Of a stretch of DNA of 64,000 nt, positions 17,665 to 26,950 are shown in pieces. Position 1 is the stretch's first letter; each line of letters begins with the position of its first letter. The position numbers and the translations under genes are program-made. Under the pieces are notes generated by a model. It had not been told where the DNA came from. It ran no database searches and saw only the letters and a program-made list of their open reading frames with translations. The stretch comes from a virus (taxonomy: Duplodnaviria > Caudoviricetes), in IMG/VR virus record IMGVR_UViG_3300035491_000281. One strand, given 5' to 3'.

Positions 17665-19394
17665 TTTAGTACGTGTTCCTCAAAACCCGCCAGCAGCTGG
17701 TCCAGACTCGGCGCGCCGAGAATCTTCTGGCAGATTTCCACCGCGTTGACGCGCCCGCCGGTGAGGTTCACCCCCACTTCCCGCCGATGGTGTTCCGAGA
17801 TCCCCTGCATCCGCGAGAACTCCATCATGCAGGTTTCCCGGGCGATGTTGAGCAGCTGTGAAACGTTGGGGTAAGTCGAGACAATATCCAAGTCTGCGAC
17901 GTGCGCAAAGATCAACGTGCGGTAATCAGGGTACTCCTTAACGCAGGGTAGACCCGTCGGCCCGGCCATGAATGACGGTAGCGTCACAATCCAATCGTCG
18001 TGACCGATCACGTGCTCGTCGAGTTCGTCGACCATCTGATCGGAACTGGAACCGATCACACAAGGCTCTGGACGGTTGAGGTACCAGAAATGCATGTCGT
18101 CGCAGAGTCGTTTCGGGTTGGAGTTGAAGTTCTTGTAGTCCGAGTTCTTCGAACTGGTGGTGATCTTCGACGCCAGGTCGTTGGTCTTCTCGTCCAGCAG
18201 CTCCAGTGAAATACTATCGAACACGTTATACACCCCGTATTCGATTTTGTATTTCTCCTGCATGACTTCGTGCCAACGCAGCCCCGAGAGGTGAGCGGTA
18301 GCGGCGAACTTGAGCTTGGTTATCTTCAGCTCTTTTTGCAGGATATAATCCAACGCGTACGACGAGTCCTTCCCGTCGGTCAATCGCAGTAGGCGATACA
18401 CCGGTAGCGCATCGATGCACTGGAAGCTGGCCGGGTGGGTCACCCAGTTCCAACGGTCCTCGATGTTGATCGACATGGTCTTGCCCGAGGCCGTCACTTT
18501 TTGTGACTGTCCACGGCGGTACTCGAAATACCGATACTGGGCGGGAACCCGCGGGTCGGAGAACACCGTGGCCGGATCGATGTTGGCCCGTTCCAGGGTA
18601 CGCACCATGTTGGTGATATCGAAGTCCATATTCCAGAAGGTGAAGAACTCCGGCTGCCATTCGTGTAGGGCATTGAGCATCCCGATGACGATCTCAGCTG
18701 GGGTGTCGACCACGAACACTTCCAGCTGGAGTTGGCGTTTATCTAACCACTCGCCAATGTGCTCCCGCGCCTTGGCGTGGGTTTCGGCCACCGGGTCGGC
18801 AATGTCGGCGACCCAGCTGCGCAAGTAGAACAAACGGGCGTTGCGCTTACATGTGACCGAGGCGCAGATGATCTCCCCTTCCTTGGAATGGACGTTGGTC
18901 TCAATGTCACCGGCGGCGACTTTGTTCAACGAGATCAACCCCGGCCAACGGTTACGGTATTCGGCCTTGTAGAGTGCTGCGCTGGTGATATCGGTGCCGT
19001 ACAGGTAAGGACTCCGACCGAGTCGCCGCAGGGGTGGGTTCGGACCGGCGGAATAATCACCTAAGGCGCGGGCAACCGCCTTAGGTAGTTCGAGTTGGGT
19101 ACAGGTGTATTTCTGGCAATTCTTTTCCAGCTCGTAGTCTTTCTTGTCCTTGTGGGTCTGTCGCCCTTTGTGGGTGATCCAATACGGGCGCTTGTAGTCT
19201 TCCTTGAAACGGAGGTTCGGGATGCGCCGGCCGTCTTTGAGGTGAATCATTTCCTTGACCACGAGCATGTCGTGGTTGGAACCATCCTGCGCCCGGACAT
19301 AAGTGAGGTGCTTGGGTTCGATCCCGAGCACGTCTTCGGACTTAAAATTCTGTTGGGTCATGGGTTCATCCAAGCCTGGGTTAGTCTGTAGCAT
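17589..19394 (-). CDS. Split family-B DNA polymerase subunit carrying the 3'-5' exonuclease domain and motif A (phiKZ gp82-like)
   Basis: Exo I GDIET, Exo II FWNMDFDI, Exo III YNVFD, pol motif DLDIVSTYP. Confidence 0.9.
   Translation of the reverse strand: MLQTNPGLDEPMTQQNFKSEDVLGIEPKHLTYVRAQDGSNHDMLVVKEMIHLKDGRRIPNLRFKEDYKRPYWITHKGRQTHKDKKDYELEKNCQKYTCTQLELPKAVARALGDYSAGPNPPLRRLGRSPYLYGTDITSAALYKAEYRNRWPGLISLNKVAAGDIETNVHSKEGEIICASVTCKRNARLFYLRSWVADIADPVAETHAKAREHIGEWLDKRQLQLEVFVVDTPAEIVIGMLNALHEWQPEFFTFWNMDFDITNMVRTLERANIDPATVFSDPRVPAQYRYFEYRRGQSQKVTASGKTMSINIEDRWNWVTHPASFQCIDALPVYRLLRLTDGKDSSYALDYILQKELKITKLKFAATAHLSGLRWHEVMQEKYKIEYGVYNVFDSISLELLDEKTNDLASKITTSSKNSDYKNFNSNPKRLCDDMHFWYLNRPEPCVIGSSSDQMVDELDEHVIGHDDWIVTLPSFMAGPTGLPCVKEYPDYRTLIFAHVADLDIVSTYPNVSQLLNIARETCMMEFSRMQGISEHHRREVGVNLTGGRVNAVEICQKILGAPSLDQLLAGFEEHVLKKPATASNDAEATNALPRAIGDSRL
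17661..17681 (-). promoter_or_regulatory. Putative -1 programmed ribosomal frameshift signal
   Basis: Minus strand GAGG-aacacgtact-AAAAAAG: internal SD 10 nt before an in-register A AAA AAG (codons CTA AAA AAG), the dnaX architecture; weak 3' hairpin. Confidence 0.55.
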
Positions 19395-19477
19395 TGGACC
19401 CCTCCGTCTTTTCTCCTACGGTCAAAGCCGCCTATTTCTATGACTTGATAACAATCAGGCTTCTTGGAGAGACGACC

Positions 19478-20776
19478 GTGTCCCGAGTTCTAACTATTTC
19501 ACAGGAATTTCTGAAAGTCGGGGGTAACCTGACCTTCGCTCCCCTGGTATTGAGCCAGGTGGAGAAACTGTTCGACAAGATGCGCATCGCCAAAACCGTC
19601 AGTAAATCGGATCTGTCGGACTTGGAGCAATGCCTGCGTAAACACACCAATATCAACTTCAGTCTCCATCTCGCCCTTGGTCATCCGTTGCAGCTGGGGG
19701 TCTACTGCGTGCGCTTTCACGGCCATAGTGGGGCGGCGGGCAAGTACAGTCAAAGTCCGGCCGATATCAGCGGAACGGTCTTTCACGAAAAACTGCTGCG
19801 CTCAACCATTGACTTGGAAAAAGCGCAGGTCACCGGGGAGCTCAGCAAAGTACCGTTCACCATGGTGGTCCCCACCGGGTTGTTCTCGGCGAGCTGGGGC
19901 CTGACGCCCGAGGAGGTTACCAGCCTGCTGCTGCATGAGGTGGGCCACGCCTTCTATTGCCTGGCAACCCTCGGCGAATATGTCTGGTTGAACTACTACC
20001 TGACTGACGGCATCGACGTTCTGCTGGGTAAGAAGCCGAACAAGTACCGCATTGAGTTGCTCAATGCCAGTTACCTGCAAGCCAAGACCACCGACCCTGA
20101 CCTGCGCAAAAAGCTGGAGGCCGATCCAACTGAGGAGAACTTGCGCCGCGCCGTGCTGGTCTATACCTTGAAAGAACCGCGCAATCACCTGACCGGCCAG
20201 TCGGTCCGGGGGATGAACCGCCGCGACGAGCAGTTGGCCGACATGTTTGTCTCCCGCTTAGGTTTTACCCGCCCGTTGGCCAGTGGGTTGGTAAAGATCA
20301 CACGAATGGGTTCCAGTGGCCGGCGCTTTACCCGCAGCCGCGAAGACTTTATGGCGATGGAAGCTCTGAAGGTGCTGGTCGCCACGGTCGGGGTGCTCGC
20401 GGCGCCATGGACTGCCGGTGTTGGGTTGCTGCTCACACTCGGGGTGATCTCGACCTCCGTGACTGAGGCTCACGTGCATCCCTTCTACGACAACCCGACC
20501 GAACGACTACAGAAGCTGCGCAACGACCTGGTGTCACAGCTGAAGAGTCCGGAGATGTCAGAACAACAGCGTTTGGCCCTCGACGAGGACATCAAGACGT
20601 TGGATGACATCTTGAAAAACCACAACCAATACCTGAGTCTTTGGGAAGTGATTGGATTTGCCCTCGCCCCCAAGGCTCGCCGCGATCACCAACGTCTCAA
20701 GCATGAAGAGATGTTGGAGCAACTGCTTAGCAACGATCTGTTCGTGCAAGCCCACCGTTTCCGTCAGCTCACCTAA
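19478..20776 (+). CDS. Virion structural protein with M48-like zinc metallopeptidase motifs
   Basis: LLHEVGH, DEQLAD, hydrophobic segment, HPFYDNPTERL; GTG start 19478 after GGAGA; ISQE|F cleavage-like site. Confidence 0.7.
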   Translation: MSRVLTISQEFLKVGGNLTFAPLVLSQVEKLFDKMRIAKTVSKSDLSDLEQCLRKHTNINFSLHLALGHPLQLGVYCVRFHGHSGAAGKYSQSPADISGTVFHEKLLRSTIDLEKAQVTGELSKVPFTMVVPTGLFSASWGLTPEEVTSLLLHEVGHAFYCLATLGEYVWLNYYLTDGIDVLLGKKPNKYRIELLNASYLQAKTTDPDLRKKLEADPTEENLRRAVLVYTLKEPRNHLTGQSVRGMNRRDEQLADMFVSRLGFTRPLASGLVKITRMGSSGRRFTRSREDFMAMEALKVLVATVGVLAAPWTAGVGLLLTLGVISTSVTEAHVHPFYDNPTERLQKLRNDLVSQLKSPEMSEQQRLALDEDIKTLDDILKNHNQYLSLWEVIGFALAPKARRDHQRLKHEEMLEQLLSNDLFVQAHRFRQLT

Positions 20777-20792
20777 CCGAGGAGTACACACC

Positions 20793-21236
20793 ATGAAAGC
20801 TGCCGCCGCTCTGGTCAAACAACTGCGTCAGATGTCCGTTCCCGAAGCCCACACCCGCCGTTTCCGCGCTCTGTTTGTCGCGCAAGCCCTGGCGTACCAT
20901 GTCCCGGTCCAAGCTGGCAAGTCGCTGGATGAGGTCCACCAGCAACACGAGAAGCCATTCCTGGCCCTGCTCAACGACGTCAACGAGTATCTGCCGGTCG
21001 ATACCCGCCTGGCGCGCGAGTTGTTCCGTCGCCTGCTGAAGGGTCGCCTGGAGCTGCTCAATGGCTTTACCGACATCAGCCTGCTCAAGGCCCTGCTGGC
21101 CAGCGACACCCAGCTGGAACAGCTACCGCCGGAAACCGCCGGCGTGATGGATAATCTGCTGAGCCAACCGCAGTTCGCGCAAGCCCAGTACGCCATCCAC
21201 GAGTTGGTGGCTGACGTATACGCGCCGGCTGAGTAA
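20793..21236 (+). CDS. Putative virion structural protein
   Basis: GAGGAG SD before ATG 20793; within the head-protein operon. Confidence 0.7.
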   Translation: MKAAAALVKQLRQMSVPEAHTRRFRALFVAQALAYHVPVQAGKSLDEVHQQHEKPFLALLNDVNEYLPVDTRLARELFRRLLKGRLELLNGFTDISLLKALLASDTQLEQLPPETAGVMDNLLSQPQFAQAQYAIHELVADVYAPAE

Positions 21237-21258
21237 CGCGCCCGCTTGAGAGGTTGGT

Positions 21259-21555
21259 ATGACCGGCCCTGCCGCTCCCCGTCCACTCCAGCATCCATGG
21301 TTGACCGACGACTATCTCCAATCCCTGATCGCCCATGAAGCGTACCACCATTTTGAGGGTACGCGAGTAACGGTGTGTTGCATTGTGCTGCACACTGGCT
21401 ATGCTCTGGTCGAGTCGGCGATTTGGGCGTCGCCCGCCACCTTTGACCCGGAACGGGGTCGGCAACGGGCCAAGCGCAAGGTACTCGATGCTTTGCTGGA
21501 GCGGGAATACTACGTACTGCGTCAGCGCCTACACGACGCTGACCATCCCCATTGA
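21259..21555 (+). CDS. Phage_gp49_66 family (N4 gp49-like) protein, divergent
   Basis: TVCCIVLHTGYALVESA...PATFDPERGR matches the family pattern TVC.L.L.NGF.V.G.SAC..P.NFD.EIG. Confidence 0.7.
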   Translation: MTGPAAPRPLQHPWLTDDYLQSLIAHEAYHHFEGTRVTVCCIVLHTGYALVESAIWASPATFDPERGRQRAKRKVLDALLEREYYVLRQRLHDADHPH

Positions 21556-21567
21556 GAAAGGTGTCCC

Positions 21568-22758
21568 ATGGACCAACATGAAGAACAGAACCCGGACTCG
21601 GTGCCGGTGGATTACCCTGAGACGGAACAGGCCGAACTGACCCAAGTGGCGACCGCGGTCACCTGGCTGCGCGACCTCAACGACACCATCCGGCGTCACG
21701 GGGTATCCAGCAGCGACATCCAAGCCTTGCACGAGATCAAAACCAGCCTGGAAGCCATCGGCCTGGAGTTTGAGCCCATTCCAGCGCTGGAGCAATACAG
21801 CGTGGGCTGCTTCACCGGTGAGCGCACCAGCGTCAACCTGACCGTCAGCCAAGAAGCCATCGGCCAGACCATCCTGCAGACCATCAAGAACTGGCTGCGT
21901 AAGATCGTCGAGTTCCTGAACAAGATGGTGCGCTGGGTCCGCGGTGCCTTTATGAGCGAGGTGATTATTCAGCACAACCTGAAGAAGGTCGAAAAGGCCA
22001 TCTTGAAGGTGGGTGACAGCAACCGTGAACTGACCCGCCGGTTCTACCGCCCTGACGCCGAATTCGAAGCTCGTTTACTGCGCCTAGCTGGCGAACTGCT
22101 GCAGGACCCACAACTGAAGCGCACGCCTTATCAGGTGGCGGCGTTCGGGGTGGCGGGGGAGTTGCAGAAGGTTACCCAGTTGCACTTGGAAACCACCACG
22201 ATCGCCAATGGGCTGCAGACGCTGGTCAAAGAACTGACAGCGTTCCTCACCGACGACAACGCTCCCGGCTTCGACGCCAACACCCGGGTGTTCGATATGC
22301 TGCGCATCCAGCACCTGACCTCCATGGAGCTGGAGATCGAAGCGCCGAAGTTCGACGCGTTGCTCCGCCAAGTCACTCCCGCGGTGTTCGAGCAACCGCT
22401 GCCGGCCGGCATCGCCGACGTTCTAGGCTATGACCACCTGACCAAGCTCTACGAGTCGTTGGGTGACGAACTGCGCCGGGCGCAGCGAATCAGCAACGCC
22501 GATGAAATCGATGGCATCCTGGACGTGTTGAGTGAGATGTTGCAGGCGGTGGATCGCGTGGGTAAGATTGCATCGTTCCTCTACACCTTCAACAAGGCCA
22601 AGCTCAACGTCCTCAAGCTGCGCTATCAGTACGAGAACCAAAAGTTCACCTGGTTGGTGGCCGAAGCGTTGCGTCAAGCGATCACCGACAGCCAGCGTAA
22701 CACGGTGGAGCGACTGCGGGCGGAACTGACCAAAGTCATCAGCGATATTCTCAAGTAG
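21568..22758 (+). CDS. Internal head protein, paralogue A
   Basis: Propeptide ending VSQE|AIG; clear paralogy with the next gene. Confidence 0.75.
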   Translation: MDQHEEQNPDSVPVDYPETEQAELTQVATAVTWLRDLNDTIRRHGVSSSDIQALHEIKTSLEAIGLEFEPIPALEQYSVGCFTGERTSVNLTVSQEAIGQTILQTIKNWLRKIVEFLNKMVRWVRGAFMSEVIIQHNLKKVEKAILKVGDSNRELTRRFYRPDAEFEARLLRLAGELLQDPQLKRTPYQVAAFGVAGELQKVTQLHLETTTIANGLQTLVKELTAFLTDDNAPGFDANTRVFDMLRIQHLTSMELEIEAPKFDALLRQVTPAVFEQPLPAGIADVLGYDHLTKLYESLGDELRRAQRISNADEIDGILDVLSEMLQAVDRVGKIASFLYTFNKAKLNVLKLRYQYENQKFTWLVAEALRQAITDSQRNTVERLRAELTKVISDILK

Positions 22759-22766
22759 AGGTGCGC

Positions 22767-23996
22767 ATGGACACACCGGAACCACTCGATTCAGTGATCG
22801 AGTTCAGCCCGACGGGCCAGGCTGACGAACTGACCCAGCTAAAGCAGGTCTCCGAGCGCCTGGGGTGGTTACAAGACCTGCAGCTGACCATTTCAAGGGA
22901 AGGGGTCTCCTCGACCGACATGCAGGTCTTAGGCGAGATCCGGGACGCGCTCACGACACTGGGCGTTGAGTTCGAACCCAAACCCAGTCTGGAGTGTTAC
23001 ACCCCAGCCTGTTTCACCGCCGAGCGCAGCAGTGTCAACCTCAGCGTGGCTCAAGAAGGTATCGCTGACGCCATCTACCAGACCATCCGTAAGTTGCTCA
23101 AGCGCCTGCATGACTTCATGAAAACCACCCTACAGTGGTTGGGGGAGTTGGTGCGAAGCGAAACGCTGATGCGGTTCAAGATCGAGAAGCTCTACAAGGC
23201 GACACTCAAGGTCAGCGAGGGCGCCAATCAACTCACCCACAAATTCGTAGCCGATACCTCCGGGGTCAACAAGAACCTGGACAAACTGCGCCACGATATC
23301 CTGCGGGGGAGTGGGTTGAAGCCAACGCTCTATCAGCTGGCGGCTTTTGGCGAACCCAACAGCAAGCGGCGGGTCGATGCGTTGATTCTCAACATTCGGC
23401 AAGTGGTGGCGGGACTGAACCGTTTGACCAACAACACGGTTCAAGCCCTAGCTCGCAAAGGCGCCCTGGACGTCAGCGCCCTGCGGGATCTGCGGGTATT
23501 CGATAACCTCAGCCAGATCGTCACCGAGATGGGGTTACTGAGTGCGGTCGATCCCACGAAGGACTACTTCCTGCGCAAGCCCTTGCCGTATCTGCCAGCC
23601 GAAACCGGTCAGCACGTCCAATTGGACAGTAAGGCGCAGGACCTGGCTCCATACGGGCCGGTGCTGGAGTTTTACAAGGAGCAGACCAAGAAGGTGGATA
23701 AGCTGTGGATGGCCAACCTCGGGGGGTCGGAAATCAGCGATGAGGCCAAATTCGTGGTCGAGGTGCTGCGCAAGTTGTCGGGGGCGTTGGAGGAGCTGGA
23801 GGAAGTGATTCGTTTCCTCTACACCTTCAACAGGGCCAAGCTCAACGTGTTGGCGTTGTGCTACCGCTATGAGAACCATCGGTTCACCTGGCTGTACAAG
23901 GAAGCTAGCAAGGCCGCCTTGACCGAGGCACAGGAGAAAGCCATCGAGAAGATCCGGGACGACTACCGGCAGATCGTGGCCAGTATCCTTAGCTGA
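22767..23996 (+). CDS. Internal head protein, paralogue B
   Basis: Shares FTAERSSVNLSVAQE and FLYTFNRAKLNVL..YRYEN..FTWL with paralogue A. Confidence 0.75.
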   Translation: MDTPEPLDSVIEFSPTGQADELTQLKQVSERLGWLQDLQLTISREGVSSTDMQVLGEIRDALTTLGVEFEPKPSLECYTPACFTAERSSVNLSVAQEGIADAIYQTIRKLLKRLHDFMKTTLQWLGELVRSETLMRFKIEKLYKATLKVSEGANQLTHKFVADTSGVNKNLDKLRHDILRGSGLKPTLYQLAAFGEPNSKRRVDALILNIRQVVAGLNRLTNNTVQALARKGALDVSALRDLRVFDNLSQIVTEMGLLSAVDPTKDYFLRKPLPYLPAETGQHVQLDSKAQDLAPYGPVLEFYKEQTKKVDKLWMANLGGSEISDEAKFVVEVLRKLSGALEELEEVIRFLYTFNRAKLNVLALCYRYENHRFTWLYKEASKAALTEAQEKAIEKIRDDYRQIVASILS

Positions 23997-24036
23997 CGAC
24001 ATAAGCCCCTCCCCAAATGGGGAGGGGTCTATGCTG

Positions 24037-26934
24037 TTACCGCGCCACGCTGTGCCGCATGAAGTTGATGTCCAGATCGTCCTGCACGGCCAGGAACTGG
24101 TTGGACAACACCGTCAGGCGTTTCCGCAGTGCCAGTCGCACGGCCTTATCGGTGATACTCACCACGGTGAAATTGTTATCGCCACCCAAACCTCCAGCTT
24201 CGATGTTGATGACGTCTTCCCCCGCGTTGGCTTTCAACCGACTGACGATGTCCGACACCGCCACTGTCTCCCGCCCCAGTAGCTCATTGACGATCTCCCG
24301 GGTGCTGGCAGTCAATGCTTCACGCAAGCTGGCATTACCGTAGGCCGTATCGGTCAGGTAGTAGTTGACGTAGAAGTGTTGGTCCAGCGCCAGTGTCGAC
24401 TTCAGACCTTCGCGCACCACCGCTACCGTGTCACCCAGGGTGGTGGTTGGATGCAGGTACAGCTCGCTCTGTTCCAGCAACTGCTGCTTGATGGCCCCGA
24501 TGTCGTTTCGTAGCCAGTTCACCACCTGCATCGGTACATCGTCGCGGTAGGCCGTAGCCTCTCCGTCCGTGGCGAAGTAGTAGCAACCATCCAGCAGGAA
24601 CAGGGTGAACTCCCGCAAGATCTGCCGCGGGGAGATCAATTCCGGCTGGCCGTTGGCGTCCAGGACCACGTCCCCTTTCAGGTAGCGGAAAGTTGGATTA
24701 CCCTCGGCGTCTAGAACTGGGTCACCGGCCTGGTGTTCCACCTCGTAGGTGATATTACCCTCCGCGTCGTACCCCAGCACAATCTGTCCGTTGCTGTCGC
24801 GCTTGTAGACCGTACTTTCGTACAACCACGGGACATCCTGTGCGTACTGGCGGTAACTGGCACTGCTGATCAGGCTGCGATTCCGCCGCCAGAGGTTGGT
24901 CAGCGCATACCCGAAACGCAACCGCAGCCGTTCCCGGGCCAAGACCATGTACTCATCCGGCAACAGGTGCCGCTGAACCTGATTGTCCATCAACGTGGGG
25001 CGATAGCCGGGCGTGGTCAAGTCGACGACGATAAAGCTCAGATCGAAGTCGTGCTCCAACTCACTGCGAAAATCCCGTTGCGCCAAGTCGTACATCGACA
25101 GGTTAGTGGTCCGCAGGTTATTGGCGGCGTCGAGGTCGAAGTTAGTCAGCAGGTCAAACTGATACACCCGCTCGTTATCTTCTTTCCCCACCAGGGTTCC
25201 GTTCAGGCTGGCGTAGTTGTTCTCCCCCACCGGTCGGTAGCCCAGCTGTAGCACCACATTGGCATCGTTCAGCGCCTTGAACTGGTCACCGCTGACCACA
25301 GTCACCGTCAGACGGTAACCCCCCTCGATCCGCTCGAACTGTTGGCGGGCAATGCTTGCTTGGTACTGCGCCGTGTCGTTCTCATCGACGAATACCTTGC
25401 GCACTACTTCCGGACGGTCGAGGTAGTAGGGACGCACGTCGAACCCCTTGTTGCTAGTGTCGAACACATAATGCAAAGGCGAGTAGAGGAAGCGTCGACC
25501 ATTGACCTGACGGGTCAGGGCGTCGGGGCCGAAACTCAGCAGCCGGGTGATCTCCGCATCCGGTACCGGTTGAATCACGCCATTGACAAACTCGTACAGG
25601 GCACTCGGCTTGACCGTGAGGCGATCACCGTTGTCGAGAACGTGGGCGGACCCCACCCACTGCGCCAGGGTCAATTGCAGCTGCCCCATGACACAGCCAA
25701 TCCCGCCGGCCACGGATTTGTTGGCCGGTGCCGGTAGCTTGCGCGACGCCAGGAATTGCCGGTTGGTGATGTTGTCGATGTTGGTAACCACCCCGAAGCC
25801 ACGACTCTGCAGGACCGTACCCAGTTGTGCATGGGTTATCGGGGTTTGGCTCGTGCCCAGGGTGTTGTGAATCACCTGGTTGCGCAGCTCCTCGAAACTG
25901 ACTGCTCCACTCCCACCGTTGACGCGATTCAGGTTCAGTGCCTGAAACCGGGTGAAGGTGTTCAGCGGCGAGACGTAGGTGCGGTCGTCGTCAATCGCAT
26001 TGAACTGGGTGACGAACTGGGCGGCCTGGTAGCTACCCAGATCCATTTCCAGCTTACCTTTGGTGGTATAGATGTCGATGCGGATCTCATCGGTCATCAA
26101 TCCCTGACTGAAGTACACCAACGGTACTTTGACGTTCAGGGACGAACCCTTGACCTGCAGCACCGCGGTGGGGTTCGTCGGGTCATAGACCTGGTCGGTG
26201 TGGGTGGTGCGGATTTCAGTCCAGCCGCCACGGCCATCGGCCAGGTAGGCGCGGGCAAAGTAGAAGTGGTCCTGGAAGCTGTAATCAACATCGAAGCCTG
26301 CCGCTGCGTTCAGGGTTTCGTTGTGGGTGGTGACGGCGAATTGCCCCATGGGTACCCGCAGCAACAGGAGGTTTTCCCGGTTGAGGGTGACCATGTCCCA
26401 ATCGACCATGTTCGATTCCAGCACCTGGATCGGTGAGGTCTGGTCGGTGCCGTACACCACCTGAATCCCACCGTGTGACATGATGCGGATTTCAATCGGA
26501 TACTGCATGGTGAAGGTGACCCCGGCCACGACTACGTTGGTTAGGCGTGGGATCACCAGTTTCCGCACCCCGCTGACATCGGTGGCCACGGCCTTGGCTA
26601 ACACCTCGTCTTTACCGATGTAGAAGTCGAAGGTGGTCCAGCTGGGACTGCTGAAGCGGCCGATGTAGTCATCGTCGGCCATGTGTAGATACAGCTCGTC
26701 GCTGGTCAGTGCCATCCGCGGGTACAGGCGTCGCAACAGGGCTTCGCCTTCACTGACGTTCATGCTAGCATTCAGGACACTGGCTTCCATTAGAAACACG
26801 AACGGGTTGCTGGCATCAGGAACATCGTAGCTGCCCTGACCGCTGGTCTGCGCTTCGAGTTCGTCGAGAATCAGGTTCTGCATCAGCATCGGGTTAAACC
26901 GCAGATCGCTGAGGCGTTGCTTAAAGTCGCTCAT
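24037..26934 (-). CDS. Virion structural protein, probable baseplate wedge (T4 gp6/J-like; phiKZ gp87-like)
   Basis: 965 aa; NGGSGAVSFEELR resembles the baseplate J GGxDxESxEELR motif; SNPFVFLMEAS N-terminus. Confidence 0.65.
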   Translation of the reverse strand: MSDFKQRLSDLRFNPMLMQNLILDELEAQTSGQGSYDVPDASNPFVFLMEASVLNASMNVSEGEALLRRLYPRMALTSDELYLHMADDDYIGRFSSPSWTTFDFYIGKDEVLAKAVATDVSGVRKLVIPRLTNVVVAGVTFTMQYPIEIRIMSHGGIQVVYGTDQTSPIQVLESNMVDWDMVTLNRENLLLLRVPMGQFAVTTHNETLNAAAGFDVDYSFQDHFYFARAYLADGRGGWTEIRTTHTDQVYDPTNPTAVLQVKGSSLNVKVPLVYFSQGLMTDEIRIDIYTTKGKLEMDLGSYQAAQFVTQFNAIDDDRTYVSPLNTFTRFQALNLNRVNGGSGAVSFEELRNQVIHNTLGTSQTPITHAQLGTVLQSRGFGVVTNIDNITNRQFLASRKLPAPANKSVAGGIGCVMGQLQLTLAQWVGSAHVLDNGDRLTVKPSALYEFVNGVIQPVPDAEITRLLSFGPDALTRQVNGRRFLYSPLHYVFDTSNKGFDVRPYYLDRPEVVRKVFVDENDTAQYQASIARQQFERIEGGYRLTVTVVSGDQFKALNDANVVLQLGYRPVGENNYASLNGTLVGKEDNERVYQFDLLTNFDLDAANNLRTTNLSMYDLAQRDFRSELEHDFDLSFIVVDLTTPGYRPTLMDNQVQRHLLPDEYMVLARERLRLRFGYALTNLWRRNRSLISSASYRQYAQDVPWLYESTVYKRDSNGQIVLGYDAEGNITYEVEHQAGDPVLDAEGNPTFRYLKGDVVLDANGQPELISPRQILREFTLFLLDGCYYFATDGEATAYRDDVPMQVVNWLRNDIGAIKQQLLEQSELYLHPTTTLGDTVAVVREGLKSTLALDQHFYVNYYLTDTAYGNASLREALTASTREIVNELLGRETVAVSDIVSRLKANAGEDVINIEAGGLGGDNNFTVVSITDKAVRLALRKRLTVLSNQFLAVQDDLDINFMRHSVAR

Positions 26935-26950
26935 GGGTTATCCTTCTGGT

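Noticed and set aside
19394-19477. TTG start at 19394 for the metallopeptidase-like gene
   Set aside because: Collides with the divergent polymerase start; GTG 19478 has a GGAGA SD and an upstream TATG motif
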